Below, in pieces: positions 1 through 42,045 of a DNA stretch of 64,000 nucleotides. The first letter of the stretch is position 1. Each line of letters opens with the position of its first letter. A program made the translations under genes and the position numbers. Under the pieces are notes generated by a model. That model searched no databases, was not told the origin of the DNA, and saw only the letters and a program-made list of their open reading frames with translations. Origin of the DNA: Chrysomallon squamiferum (taxonomy: Eukaryota; Animalia; Mollusca). The DNA lies in the NCBI GenBank assembly GCA_012295275.1, contig CM022666.1, positions 9,362,001 through 9,426,000 of the forward strand, read 5' to 3'.

Positions 1-277
1 TTCTCTTAAATGAATCCATTGAGTTATTTTTCCATTCCAACTATCGCCTTGTCATTTAATTATACGAGACTTAGGGTTTCTTGCCTAAGGGATGGTGAAT
101 GTAAAAATAAATAGTTTTGCTAACAGAAAAAAGTAAACTGTGAAGTTGAAGTATTGTGTATCACAGTTGTTGTTGTTGTTGTTGTTATTGTTATTGTTTT
201 TGTTATTGTTATTGTTATTGTTATTATTATTATTTTAGAAAGCAAAGAAAGAGAAGACAATTCGGTGTTCTGCAGGA

Positions 278-775
278 ATGAAAATCAACCCGATTCAGAC
301 ATGTTGGATACTGGTCGTCTGTTTTCAACTCGCCCTTTCTATGACCGTGAACTCTTATAGAAATACTGATTCTGTCGGTCACGTTAAAATTCTGAACGAG
401 GACAAACTGCGATGGTTGATGTCAGGACCAGCGAAACAAGAACCTGTAAATTTAATTTCAAAGCTCTACAAATTAATGGAGGAATTTAAGACAACTACAC
501 AACCGGAAGGCAACAGTGGATTTAACAAAGAACATGCGAAACGAATGAAACCGAGCTTTAATCCAACCGGATGGCGTAGGAAGAGGGATGTTGGCTGGAA
601 TACAGAATTGGAACAGGCGCTGAACAGAGCTTATGAATCACCAGATAACTCTCTTCAGGAAAAAGCTGACGAACAGTGGCGAAAGAGAACGATTGAGCAC
701 CGTTCGTCTAGAAGGAATTTTGACGATCGTTCGTTAAAACGAGAACCTCTACAGTTTAACCCTACCGGCTGGTAA
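278..775 (+). CDS. Secreted neuropeptide/prohormone precursor (165 aa) with two xxxxFNPTGW peptides
   Basis: Acceptor ttctgcag ends at 275 just before the ATG, implying an upstream 5'UTR exon. Hydrophobic signal peptide MKINPIQTCWILVVCFQLALS. Convertase sites KR, RRKR, RKR, RR, KR flank MKPSFNPTGW (545-574) and EPLQFNPTGW-stop (743-772). AATAAA motifs lie downstream (~858-980). Confidence 0.85.
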   Translation: MKINPIQTCWILVVCFQLALSMTVNSYRNTDSVGHVKILNEDKLRWLMSGPAKQEPVNLISKLYKLMEEFKTTTQPEGNSGFNKEHAKRMKPSFNPTGWRRKRDVGWNTELEQALNRAYESPDNSLQEKADEQWRKRTIEHRSSRRNFDDRSLKREPLQFNPTGW

Positions 776-1644
776 ACGACAACAATTTCCGACTCTTACC
801 GAAAAAGACAAAGAAAATAATATGTCACTAAGAAACAAAAAGAGAGAGAAAAAAAAAATAAAATAAAAATAAAAATATAAAAATAAAATAAAAAAAAGAT
901 TTGTATAAGAATTTTTTTTTTTTTTTTTATTTTTTTATTTTTTTTTTTTTAAATGCTAAAGAAAACGGAAAACAAATAAACTGTTGACTATAAATTAACA
1001 CTTTATTTTATCAAGTTACCAAACAGTTAGGCCTGAAGATTTATTAATGACGCAATTTGTTAGGTGGAAAATCATTTCACCGCTGTGGTCTATGTGTTTC
1101 AAAAGGTTAGAAATCGACTTTCAAATATGAACAGCAGCTAATTAACGTAATTTGATAAGGTTCGCGGAAACTGTTTTATCTTTAACTGAAAAAGGCAGGT
1201 GTTTTTAGCTTCAGCAAAGGTGTTCTGTCAAAAATATTTCATTGCCCTGCTGTCGACAGACACGGAATGTGAACAAAATGTCTTTTATCGTGTCAACAGA
1301 TAAATAACAATTTTGCAGTGGATGGGAAATGACGGATGTATTTCTGAAACGATTTTTGAGCAAAATGAAAAGCGATGATAATTCTTGAAATACAGCTCGT
1401 TGCTCCAACCAGTCAGAAAATTTTAATTTGATCCTTTAGCCAGTTTCTAAACTTTGGTAGAGAAACTTTGAGAGTGGAAAATTTTGTTTTAAAAATTTAA
1501 AATGATAATCTTAAAGAAAGAAAGAAAGAAACAACAACAAAGAAACAAACAAATAATTAAATAATAAAAATCTTTATCGCCATATTGTTAAATGCATAAA
1601 ATAATTATATATCTATAGAATAACAATGAATAATAATAAAACTC

Positions 1645-1885
1645 CACACTTTGTTTTAGAATGTTGCCAAACATTTCATAAACGTATTAAAACTAACACT
1701 TTGTTTTAGAATACTGCCAAACATTTCATAAACATATTAAAACTTAACACTTTGTTTTAGAATACTGCCAAACATTTCATAAACATATTAAAACAACATT
1801 TTGTTTTAGAATACTGCCAAACATTTCATATAACGTATTGAAACAACACCTTTCTTTTAAAATACTGTCAGACATTTCATATATG
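1645..1885. repeat. ~59-bp tandem repeat, about 4 copies
   Basis: Repeated acactttgttttagaatactgccaaacatttcataaacatattaaaac. Confidence 0.85.
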
Positions 1886-2994
1886 TTTTAAAATCCAACA
1901 ATTTGGTTTCATATGAGGACAAAGATATCGTCTGCTTACTTGTGAATATATAATTCATTAAAGGAGAACTATCAATAAAGATAATTATGATTTTTCTCGC
2001 AGTTATTAGTTTGTTATTTGTGAGACTTGAAAGAAAAACAAACAGATTATAACTAATGGAAACGAGTACCATTGTTTTACGGGTTTTGGTAAGGCAAAAG
2101 GTCAGTTACGGAAGAGTGAATGGATGAAAAATAAAAGTGGAATGTAAAATGTGAAATGTAAGATATTCAACGATTGTGTATGTATGTGTGCCCCCCAAAA
2201 TTAATGTCTATTTGAAAATACACATGACGGAGTATGTGGTTTCAGAACATATTCAAATATCCTAAATCTTACTTGTCATCTAAACGATTACAAATGAGAC
2301 ATAAAAATAAAATTCATTTTCAGTCTTTTTGCATTTCTGAATTTATATCTGTCTCAGTAATCATTCTAGAAGGTTATCACTAATTTTTAGTACTATTACC
2401 ACTATGACAATGATTGGCACTGTTGACATCGCTGCTATTACAACTGCTGCTACTGGTACTATTTCTACTGCTACTACTAACACTTGCTATCGCTGCTATT
2501 ATAATTATTACTTCTAGTATTATTTATACTACTACAACCACTAATATAGTTAAAGCAAATGATTTTATTATAACTGTCAACATTATACAGATATAAACAT
2601 CAGAATTAAAATAAAACAAAAATTGTTGTTCTCAGCTTTACGACAGGCTGGATTTGAATCAGTGTAGTTAAGGAATACTTAATATCAGTAGAAATCATCA
2701 AGAATAAGAAAGAAAGACAGAAGTACTGAACGAAAGAAGATTTTCAGACATAATATATATATAAATTCCACATATGTATAAATATATAGATCACATGATG
2801 AAACCTAAGACATAAATGAAACAAAATTTTAAATTATCGTTTATTGTGAGATAACAGTGAAAACAAACAGCAATAAACCAAATACCAATAACAATAATAA
2901 TAACAATAACAACAATAATAATGATAATGATAATAAATAAATAATGCATACAAAAATAAAATAAAATAAAATAAAATATCAATAAAATTAACGT

Positions 2995-3062
<68 letters not shown>

Positions 3063-4362
3063 TAATAAATAAATAAATAAATTAAATAAATTAAAAAAAC
3101 AACTTGAATGGAATTAGTCCTTATTTATACATTAATTTTCAGGTTCAGAGTTTATTTTGTTGCACTGTTTCGTTTGAAATGATGTAATAATCGTTATTAA
3201 CTTTTTTTTCTGAAACAAAGTTGTGCAAGTATCCTAAACTCTCCGCAAAAAATATTAGAAAAATAAAGGTATATTCTTTTATCCACAACATATAATTTTA
3301 ATTATGATAGTTAGTGTATTGTAACTGTTATGATTACTGAATTAACACTTTACAAAATGTAAAAAACGATATAGCCATTGCTGTGTTAATAAAATCATTA
3401 CATCTTCTGATTCTGATAATCTGCGGAATATAAATATTAAACTTTCAGTGACTTTGTCTAAATTTATATTTTTTAAAAAGAACAAGCTACAAGAGCTAAG
3501 TAATATTCTGTTTCTGAGACCGAAGCGATGATCTGCAAGTTGGAAGAGTACTGGCGTTTGAAATCTGCGTCGTAAGCAGCGCTAAATGTTATTTCTGACT
3601 TAACAGTAGCACACGATGATCATCGTGTTTGGTTTGGAATGATTTAAAAGTCTGTTCAAAGAGTCATGTAGGAAGGCGATATCGGAATCTGCTTACTTTG
3701 TTCCGTGAAAGCCAATCAGTTACAGAGCCGAAAACGGTTTCATCAAACAAGGATTAATAAATCAGACGACAGCTCCAGAGATTTGAGATACCGCGCTCTC
3801 AAACTATGTGCCTGGCACAGCTAACTCGCAAATTACCGTGAAAAACATCCTAATCCATACGTTGTTTACCTCAGCTAGCGTAATTATGATTAAGATGCAT
3901 ATTGATTATATTCCGATCTTCTGGATAATTGACGATAACAGAGGCTTCCGGTACGCGGTCTAATAATTTATTTATTTTTTAAACTGTTTACTAATTTTCT
4001 TAATAATAATTATTTTTTTCTTGTTCTTATTTTATTTTATTTTATTATTTGTTGTTGTTTATCTGTTATCATAATCTTTTACTCGTGAATAAATGATTTG
4101 TTAGAATTCATTTTATAATTAGCATTTGTTATATATGTTAGCTTTTATATTTTTTATTTATTATGGTTATTATCATCATCATCGCAATCATCATCATGAT
4201 TTTCATCTTCATAAGTATTTTTGTCATTATTAGGATGTGTTTAATGACAAGTTCAGTAGGAAATTGCGTTACAATTTGCGTTACTGGTTTTATTACTTTG
4301 TCATTGACGCAGTAGTTCGATTTCTTCAGAAAAGTAAATTATATAAAGACCAATTAATTTGT

Positions 4363-7300
4363 CACTACATTACACTATACAAACTATACTACGCTATGCT
4401 ACACTATAATATCGAAACTACACTACACTACACTACACTACACTTACACTACACTACACTACACTACACTACACTACACTACACTACACTACACTACACT
4501 ACACTTCACTACACTACAGTTCACTACACTACACAAACTACACGACATTATATTATAGAGCAATTAATGTGTCACTACACTATAGAAACTACACAACACG
4601 ACATTACATTACATTACACTACTCTATAGAAACTACACTACACTACACTACACTATACTATAGAAACTACACTACACTACACTATACTATAGAAACTACA
4701 CTACACTACACGACATTACACTATAGAAACTACACTACACTACACATTACACTACTCTATAGAAACTACACTACACTACACTACACTATACTATAGAAAC
4801 TACACTACACTACACGACATTACACTACACTATAGAAACTACACTACACGACATTACACTATAGAAACTACACTACACTACACATTACACTACACTATAG
4901 AAACTACACTACACGACATTACACTACACTATAGAAACTACACTACACTACACATTACACTACACTATAGAAACTACACTACACTACACGACATTACACT
5001 ACACTATAGAAACTACACTACACTACACGACATTACACTACACTATAGAAACTACACTACACTACACGACATTACACTACACTATAGAAACTACACTACA
5101 CTACACATTACACTACACTATAGAAACTACACTACACTACACATTACACTACACTATAGAAACTACACTACACTACACATTACACTACACTATAGAAACT
5201 ACACTACACTACACGACATTACACTATAGAAACTACACTACACTACACACACACTACACTATAGAAACTACACTACACTACACGACATTACACTACACTA
5301 TAGAAACTACACTACACTACACGACATTACACTATAGAAACTACACTACACTACACACACTACATTACACTATAGAAACTACACTACACTACACGACATT
5401 ACACTACACTATAGAAACTACACTACACTACACGACATTACACTATAGAAACTACACTACACTACACGACATTACACTATAGAAACTACACTACACTACA
5501 CTACATTACACTATAGAAACTACACTACACTACACGACATTACACTACACTATAGAAACTACACTACACTACACTACACTATAGAAACTACACTACACTA
5601 CACATTACACTACACTATAGAAACTACACTACACTACACGACATTACACTATAGAAACTACACTACACTACACGACATTACACTATAGAAACTACACTAC
5701 ACTACACTACACGACATTACACTACACTATAGAAACTACACTACACTACACGACATTACACTATAGAAACTACACTACACTACACGACATTACACTATAG
5801 AAACTACACTACACTACACTACATTACACTATAGAAACTACACTACACTACACGACATTACACTACACTATAGAAACTACACTACACGACATTACACTAC
5901 ACTATAGAAACTACACTACACTACACACACACTACACTATAGAAACTACACTACACTACACACATTACACTACACTATAGAAACTACACTACACTACACA
6001 TTACACTACACTATAGAAAACTACACTACACAATGACATTACACTACACTATAGAAACTACACTACACTACACACATTACACTACACTATAGAAACTACA
6101 CTACACTATACAAACATTACACTACACTATATAGAAACTACACTACACTACACACGACATTACACTACACTATAGAAACTACACTACACTACAATGACAT
6201 TACACTACACTATAGAAACTACACTACACTACACACGACATTACACTATAGAAACTACACTACACTACACTTACACTATAGAAACTACACTACACTATTA
6301 TACACTATAGAAACTACACTACACTACACACGACACTACACTATAGAAAACTACACTACACTGACATTACACTACACTATAGAAACTACACTACACTACA
6401 TTACACTATAGAAACTACACTACACGACATTACACTATAGAAACTACACTACACTACACATTACACTACACTATAGAAACTACACTACACTACACACGAC
6501 ATTACACTACACTATAGAAACTACACTACACTACACGACATTACACTACACTATAGAAACTACACTACACTACACGACATTACACTACACTATAGAAACT
6601 ACACTACACTACACATTACACTACACTATAGAAACTACACTACACTACACATTACACTACACTATAGAAACTACACTACACTACACATTACACTACACTA
6701 TAGAAACTACACTACACTACACGACATTACACTATATAGAAACTACACTACACTACACATTACACTACACTATAGAAACTACACTACACTACACATTACA
6801 CTACACTATAGAAACTACACTACACTACACTACACTACACTATAGAAACTACACTACACTACACGACATTACACTACACTATAGAAACTACACTACACTA
6901 CACGACATTACACTATAGAAACTACACTACACTACACGACATTACACTACACTATAGAAACTACACTACACTACACGACATTACACTACACTATAGAAAC
7001 TACACTACACTACACGACATTACACTACACTATAGAAACTACACTACACTACACGACATTACACTATAGAAACTACACTACACTACACGACATTACACTA
7101 CACTATAGAAACTACACTACACTACACGACATTACACTATAGAAACTACACTACACTACACGACATTACACTACACTATAGAAACTACACTACACTACAC
7201 GACATTACACTATAGAAACTACACTACACTACAATGACATTACACTACACTATAGAAACTACACTACACTACACGACATTACACTATAGAAACTACACTA

Positions 7301-8710
7301 CACTACACGACATTACACTACACTATAGAAACTACACTACACTACACGACATTACACTATAGAAACTACAGAAACTACACTACACTACACTATATGACAC
7401 ACACATACACTATATAAATACACTACACTACACGACACATTACACTATAGAAACTACACTACACTACACGACATTACACTATATAGAAACTACACTACAC
7501 TACAATGACATTACACTATAGAAACTACACTACACTACAATGACATTACACTATAGAAACTACACTACACTACACGACATTACACTATAGAAACTACACT
7601 ACACTACACGACATTACACTATAGAAACTACACTACACTACACGACATTACACTATAGAAACTACACTACACTACACGACATTACACTATAGAAACTACA
7701 CTACACTACACGACATTACACTACACTATAGAAACTACACTACACTACACGACATTACACTACACTATAGAAACTACACTACACTACACGACATTACACT
7801 ATAGAAACTACACTACACTACACGACATTACACTATAGAAACTACACTACACTACACGACATTACACTACACTATAGAAACTACACTACACTACACGACA
7901 TTACACTATACTATAGAAACTACACTACACTACACGACATTACACTACACTATAGAAACTACACTACACTACACGACATTACACTACACTATAGAAACTA
8001 CACTACACTACACTACACATTACACTACACTATAGAAACTACACTACACTACACGACATTACACTACATAGAAACTATACACACTACACGACACACACTA
8101 CACTATAGAAACTACACACACACTACAATGACATTACACTACACTATAGAAACTACACTACATGACATTACACTATAGAAACTACACTACACTACACTAC
8201 ACGACATTACACTACACACTATAGAAACTACACTACACTACACTACACGACATTACACTACACTATAGAAACTACACTACACACTACATTACACTATAGA
8301 AACTACACTACACTACACTGACACTACTATAGAAACTACACTACACTACAATGACATTACACTACACTATAGAAACTACACTACACTACACGACATTACA
8401 CACTATAGAAACTACACTACACTACACGACATTACACTATAGAAACTACACTACACTACACGACATTACACTATAGAAACTACACTACACTACACATTAC
8501 ACTACACTATAGAAACTACACTACACTACACATTACATTACACTATAGAAACTACACTACACTACACATTACATTACACTATAGAAACTACACTACACTA
8601 CACGACATTATACTACACTATAGAAACTACACTACACAACATTACACTACTCTATAGAAACTACACTACACTACACGACATTACACTATAGAAACTACAC
8701 TACACTATAA
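4363..8710. repeat. ~4.3-kb complex satellite built from (CACTA)n pentamers with TATAGAAA and CGACATTA spacers
   Basis: Continuous array of ctatagaaa(ctaca)n-cgacatta(cacta)m units of roughly 30-45 bp. The top strand is strongly G-poor. Confidence 0.97.
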
Positions 8711-9974
8711 AAAGAGCAATTAATTTGACTGGTGGATTAATTAAAAGGCTGTAGCATTAATTATATTTATTACTAAATTATTATCATCATGAGGTAAATA
8801 AATTAAACATTCTAAAAGTAAAATAACCATGAATTAATGTGTATACATTAAATGTAATCTGAAAATACAGACCTGATATAGATCAGTTAAATATTAAATA
8901 TATAATATTATTACACCAGTTTACATTACATTATATTATATTATAGTCTGCGACTGATCATTTTACCAAAAATGTAAATATACAGTCAGCTAATGTCATC
9001 ACAGGGCAGACGATACGTATTAGTTATTACCTACATTTGTTCTCGTTCGGTGAAAAACGTGAAGCGAACGATCCACTTTACTCGTTCGTTCGTTTTCGTA
9101 TAAAATGAAGAGGTGTCTATCACAACTCATTTACTTAATAAGAACAACTCGTTCGACTGATAATTCCTGTTATTTCTTCTTAACATATTCAGTTTCCTGT
9201 GTAACATTATCGACGAGGCATAAACAAACCAAGGACAAATTCATTCCTTTCGTTTTTCTTTCTTCTGTTTCTTCTTCTTTTTTCTATATAATTTAAAAAA
9301 CATTTAACTACTATATTTGATAAAAATCCACCAGCGATTTCTTTTATTCCTTTTGTTCGTGATTTTCTTAACTTTGTTATGCAATTAATTTTCTTTCATT
9401 CATGCAATAAGATATTTTATTTAAATATATTTGTCATTTTATAATTTGAGGATACTGAAACAAAACATTACTTTTCTTTTAAATTTATTTTATTATTAAT
9501 ATTATTTTAATATTTAAATTTGTATGGTGTGGGATATATCAACTTTTTATTTATCATAGTATTGATTACTGTATTATTCGAAATGTTAGTACACAAACAC
9601 GCGCGTACACACACATATACATACATGTGCAACGCGCACATACATATATACATACATATTACTTATCCTGAAACAAAAAATATAAACATATTTTTTAAAG
9701 ATATAATTTGTGCTTTTTCTTTTTCTTTATTTTTGTTCATAATATTCATTGTATGTAAGCATATAATATTACGTTTGTTAATATATATTAGTTTACTTTT
9801 GTTACAATTAAAAATTACGAGAGAACACACACTTTAATAAGTTTTGCAGTCATAAAAATAGTGTAAAAATGAAGAAACTCTTTAGAGTAACCTCCCCTTA
9901 TTAGCATTGCGAAACGAACAGAAACGTAAACATATTTGAGTCTTTGTTTTCCTAAATGGTGCAATACCTTTCTA

Positions 9975-10054
9975 ACACTATATATACGATGTTTTAGTAT
10001 TCACTGGCAGCGAACCAGCCTTGGGTTGGAAATATATTTCTTTTTTGTCAAAAG
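9975..10054 (+). promoter_or_regulatory. Putative core promoter and non-coding first exon of the HEAT-repeat gene
   Basis: TATA-like tatatatac at ~9979, Inr-like ttcact at ~10000, donor aaag|gtaaat at 10054/10055, matching acceptor ttctgcag at 10437. Confidence 0.4.
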
Positions 10055-10450
10055 GTAAATGTTTTATTTATTTTCTTAAAATATTATATACCAAGAGAAA
10101 GCATTTTGTATTATTATTTTTTTTTTTTACTTTCGATTTCGAATTTATTGTTGATGTCGTTTTTTTTTTATTTATAATTATTTGAATGTAAATTTCAAAG
10201 AGTGTGTAGCATTTGATGATTACAAATTTCTCAGTATTTTAAAATGACATTTTTAATTTTAAATTTTATTTTTAATACATAATTTAATACATAATAATAA
10301 TTTTAAAAAATGTAGGACCATATTTTTTTATTATTATTATATTAAGCATAACATGGATGTCTAAAACATTTTCTTGACATGTGCGTGCATGTGTATCTAT
10401 GATTGTTGTTTTTATTGTTATTATGTGTCTTCTGCAGACAATTATTTGCA

Positions 10451-10822
10451 ATGTCTTATGAGTCAGCTCGTGAAGCTTTAAGACTATGTAAAGAGACGAC
10501 GACTATCGAGACTATCATTGACCTTACTAAACATGACAACCCTCAGGTCAGACAAAAGGCACTGCGAGAAATGTGTCCGTGCAGAGTGAAGAAAGATCAC
10601 GATGCGTTCTGGGAACGTGTCTTGGAAATGACCGGTGACGAAGCAGCCAATGTTAGAGGTCAGGTTCTTCACACTTTGTGCGACGGGTCACCAAATCACA
10701 TGGAGTTCAAGGTCGTTGAAGCCTTGGAGACTTTCAATAGAGATCCAGATCCAAAAATTAGGCGAAAGGCTCACAAAGCACTGACATCATATACAAAAAC
10801 TGGGAAGTGGAATATTTTGTGA
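10451..10822 (+). CDS. Small HEAT/ARM-repeat protein (123 aa), uncharacterised, intronless CDS
   Basis: The true start is likely ATG 10451, after acceptor 10437; the ORF-track N-terminus is intronic. Three HEAT-like units (LTKHDNPQVRQKAL, MTGDEAANVRGQVL, FNRDPDPKIRRKAH) fit the L..D....VR..A consensus. Coding-like composition contrasts with the AT-rich flanks. Confidence 0.85.
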   Translation: MSYESAREALRLCKETTTIETIIDLTKHDNPQVRQKALREMCPCRVKKDHDAFWERVLEMTGDEAANVRGQVLHTLCDGSPNHMEFKVVEALETFNRDPDPKIRRKAHKALTSYTKTGKWNIL

Positions 10823-10912
10823 ATATTTCCAAAGTTATTCAATTACGAGCCGGATGTATAGAAAGTTAAAAATTAAAAAAAAAGAAGTAAGAAATAATAA
10901 AAAAATTAAAAA

Positions 10913-10956
<44 letters not shown>

Positions 10957-11935
10957 TAGAAAAAGATTAATTGAGTGAATAGTAGGGAGCGCTTCATACA
11001 AGTGTCCATGTTATTTATGTGTGTGTATGTATGTAGTTATTAATTAATTAATTGTTGTTAATGTGTGCATGCTAATGTAATATATTGTGTTTATATATGC
11101 GAGTTATTTGTATGTGTATATGGATTAATAATAATAGTAATAATAATAAAAAAATGTTCTAAATGTTTTTTTTATTGTGTGCTTGCGAATATATAATCCT
11201 GACAGTATTGTGAGTTGTTTAATTATTCATTTAATTATAATACATAAGGAAATATGTAATAAGTCTGGCAAGAAACATTGACCCGAAAGCATTTTGAATG
11301 AATGAAAATGAACGAACTTTGTAAATGTGTTAACGCGGAAAAGATTTAAAATTCATTTTGCCATTATATGTTTGTTTTCTTTATAAATACATTCTTTATA
11401 CGATGTTTGTTTGTCTTTTGTTATAGTTCACTATGTACTAAATCATCATTTTTTCAGATGGATATAATACTTTGAATCTTGAAATTAATAATAATAATAC
11501 ATTTACATTAAAAAGTAAACAACATCAGACATAAATTCATCTTTAATGTCATTTTAGACTACACAAATAATTTCGGTTCCTAATTTTACATACTTAGTCT
11601 TTTGTATATGAATATTTTATTATTATTTTATTTTTATTATAATTTTTAATTTTATTTGTTCTTTCAATTTAGAGTAACGGCCCCTCAGAAGATTTTCCTA
11701 AATGAGATACAAAATATTGAAGACGAAACAATATAAACACTACGACCAGTTCTGTATATATGTAAATTAACAGCGATTGCTTTCTTAATTCACTCTAATG
11801 AGTTGAATATTATAGGTTGTCTCGATTTGCAATCCCATTGTACTAACAACAGTAATTAGTTTGTTGTACTTTACAACATTTTACATTTCAAACACAGTAT
11901 CAAATTCTGGTCAATAGTATTTCAAGCAAACAGTA

Positions 11936-12057
11936 ACAATAATGGCGGCATGTTCAAGGTGATGTGGACTTTGAACCACACGTACCCTGTCAGTTCCCTT
12001 CGACAAAAAAATAACAACATGATTATTTAAGAGTGGCTGCCCTGTCATTTATGCTTC
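11936..12057 (+). promoter_or_regulatory. VWA8 promoter/5'UTR region with YY1-like motif
   Basis: aataatggcggc (11938-11949) resembles the YY1 AANATGGCGGC element of housekeeping promoters. Locally CpG-richer sequence lies directly upstream of the VWA8 ATG. Confidence 0.45.
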
Positions 12058-39777
<27,720 letters not shown>

Positions 39778-40744
39778 TCATCTACACATCTGTCTGGAGT
39801 GGACACCTGTCAAGTAACTGCAGTTTGTCCTAATTGTACAGGTGGTGTCCTCATACAGGATGTGAATTAATTTGAAACTTATCCCAGCATATCTCCACTG
39901 TTTTCATATCAACTTGCTTTTTTCTAATGTGATATCTGAAAACCAGTAAAGAAGGGATGTCTGTCAAATAAGCAGGTTGGGTTATGTCTGTGTGATACAA
40001 GTTAAACCTGTTTGTTGAGGACACCTGATTAATTAATTTAGTGGTAAAAAAAATGTGGATGTGTTAAATAAAAAACACAGATATATTTAGTATTTAAACA
40101 TTTTTATTTAACATTAGAATTTAAATATTTTTAAATTTAATATCTGATTTTTAACATATTTTTTCATTTATACAGACCTATAAAAAGTTCTTTTTGAGAT
40201 GATCTCAAAATGTTAAAAATGATTTAATGTGTTGTCCAAAGGGAAGCCTCCCTATATAACAGGAAGTGATTGTTTTATTTTAATGGAGAGTTAACCTTCT
40301 ATGGGAGATAACTCCATACATTGAGAAAAGCTGCCAGGAAGGAAGTTTGTTAGCTGTATAACATTCATACTCAGGGACTTTTAAACAGTTTTCAAGTTAG
40401 AGTACCTTTCTGATTGAAAAGAATTACCTCATTTTTTTCATCAGTTAGTTGCAGGTAAGGCAACAAAAATATTAAAAGATGGTAATAAAATGGAAAATTG
40501 TTAACTAAAGCAAGAATGAAAAAAATAATATTTATGCAGATCTCTGAGATAATATAAGATATGTACAGATATAATATTTACCTTTACTTGAAGTTAAACT
40601 ATTTTGTTTTCTTTGAGCAAAATGTTTGTGTCAGTAACAGTGATATTAGAAGTTTTAAAAGATAATGATGTCTGTGAAAATATCAAAGGTTTGTGAAAAA
40701 AGTTTGTGATAAATTAAATATACAGTGTATCAATCGGTGGTTTT

Positions 40745-40750
40745 AATAAA
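40745..40750 (+). terminator. Candidate polyadenylation signal of VWA8
   Basis: AATAAA about 970 bp after the stop, followed by T/GT-rich sequence (gtttgttttctttctt). Other AATAAA motifs (e.g. ~40067) are also possible. Confidence 0.35.
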
Positions 40751-42012
40751 TGTATAAAATGTTCTTTGTATATTTATATACCTGTTCAGTTTGTTTTCTT
40801 TCTTATGTTATTCATTTCTAATACAAAAAGATGTTAATCCTTCAACAACGACAATAAAAATAATAAATTAAAAAAAACTTTTTTTCTACTGCTAGCACAA
40901 CATTACTACCCCCAAAACACAACAGAAAAACCCCCAAAACAAAACATTACTACCCCCAAAACACAACAGAAAAACCCCCAAAACAAAACAAAAACAACAA
41001 AAGCCAATAAAATCATATTACTACTGCTGCTATTCTACTACTACCTTTACTACTACTGCTACTTCTGTTACTACTACTACAACTAAAATGTATTACTACT
41101 AAGATTAGTACTAATACATGTATTACTACTACCACTTGTACTACTACCACAACAACTACTACAACACTACTACTACTATTACAACAAGAACTACCACTAC
41201 AACTAACACTGTTACTGTGCTGATATTTATATCTTCTGTCTGACACCTGACGTTTCTACAACAAATATAAAAAAAAAAAAAACAAACAACAAATAAATAA
41301 GAGTAAAATAAAATAAAAAATAAATACTTCAATGGATAATTTTTTTTTTTTTAACATTTGTATATTTATAAATTAAATTATGACTACTTCTGAAAATGAG
41401 AACTTAACATTTTAGAGCTCTGGTTTGAATGGACTAAACTCATGAAGGGATGCACAGTGAAAGTCTAGTGAATAGGGAGCAAAGTAATTTTTTAATACTT
41501 TTAAAAAATTGTTATATTTGTATTTTTTAAATTAAACACATGGAAACATGTTGAGTTTGATATATGAGTGCAGTGTATTTCAGAAACATTTGTCAAAATT
41601 TGCATAATTAACACAAAAGTGGGGCACAGGTGATGAATTCATTTGAATATGATGAATATTAATGAGTATCAGTGTAGTAAGAATGTATATGTTTTGTGCT
41701 TCTTGTTTTAAAACTATCAAAGTATTGCATTAATAATCAAGTGCATAGCTATATATTAGCATGTATACCTATCAATGTCTGTCTGTCTGTCAATCTATAT
41801 TAATATATCCATCCATCCATCTGTCTTTCTGATTTCCACTCTTCTGTCTGTCTACTTGTCTTTCTCTTAATAAAATAAAAATTGAAGAAAATCTTTGAGA
41901 AACAATATTCTGTGTTCTTCTATTTTCTATGTGTCTGTCTATACATACATACAGTTAATACATACATATATCTATCTATATAAATATATCTATCTATCTA
42001 TCTATCTATCTG

Positions 42013-42045
<33 letters not shown>

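Noticed and set aside
4237-8710. HYTTL-repeat ORFs; CACTA transposon; telomeric repeat
   Set aside because: The ORFs are satellite translations. The CACTA pentamers are tandem, not terminal inverted repeats, and do not match TTAGGG-type telomere motifs.
10403-10450. Apparent signal peptide MLFLLLLCVFCRQLFA on the HEAT protein
   Set aside because: It starts at a non-ATG codon in the intron's T-rich tract; the acceptor at 10437 precedes the real ATG at 10451.
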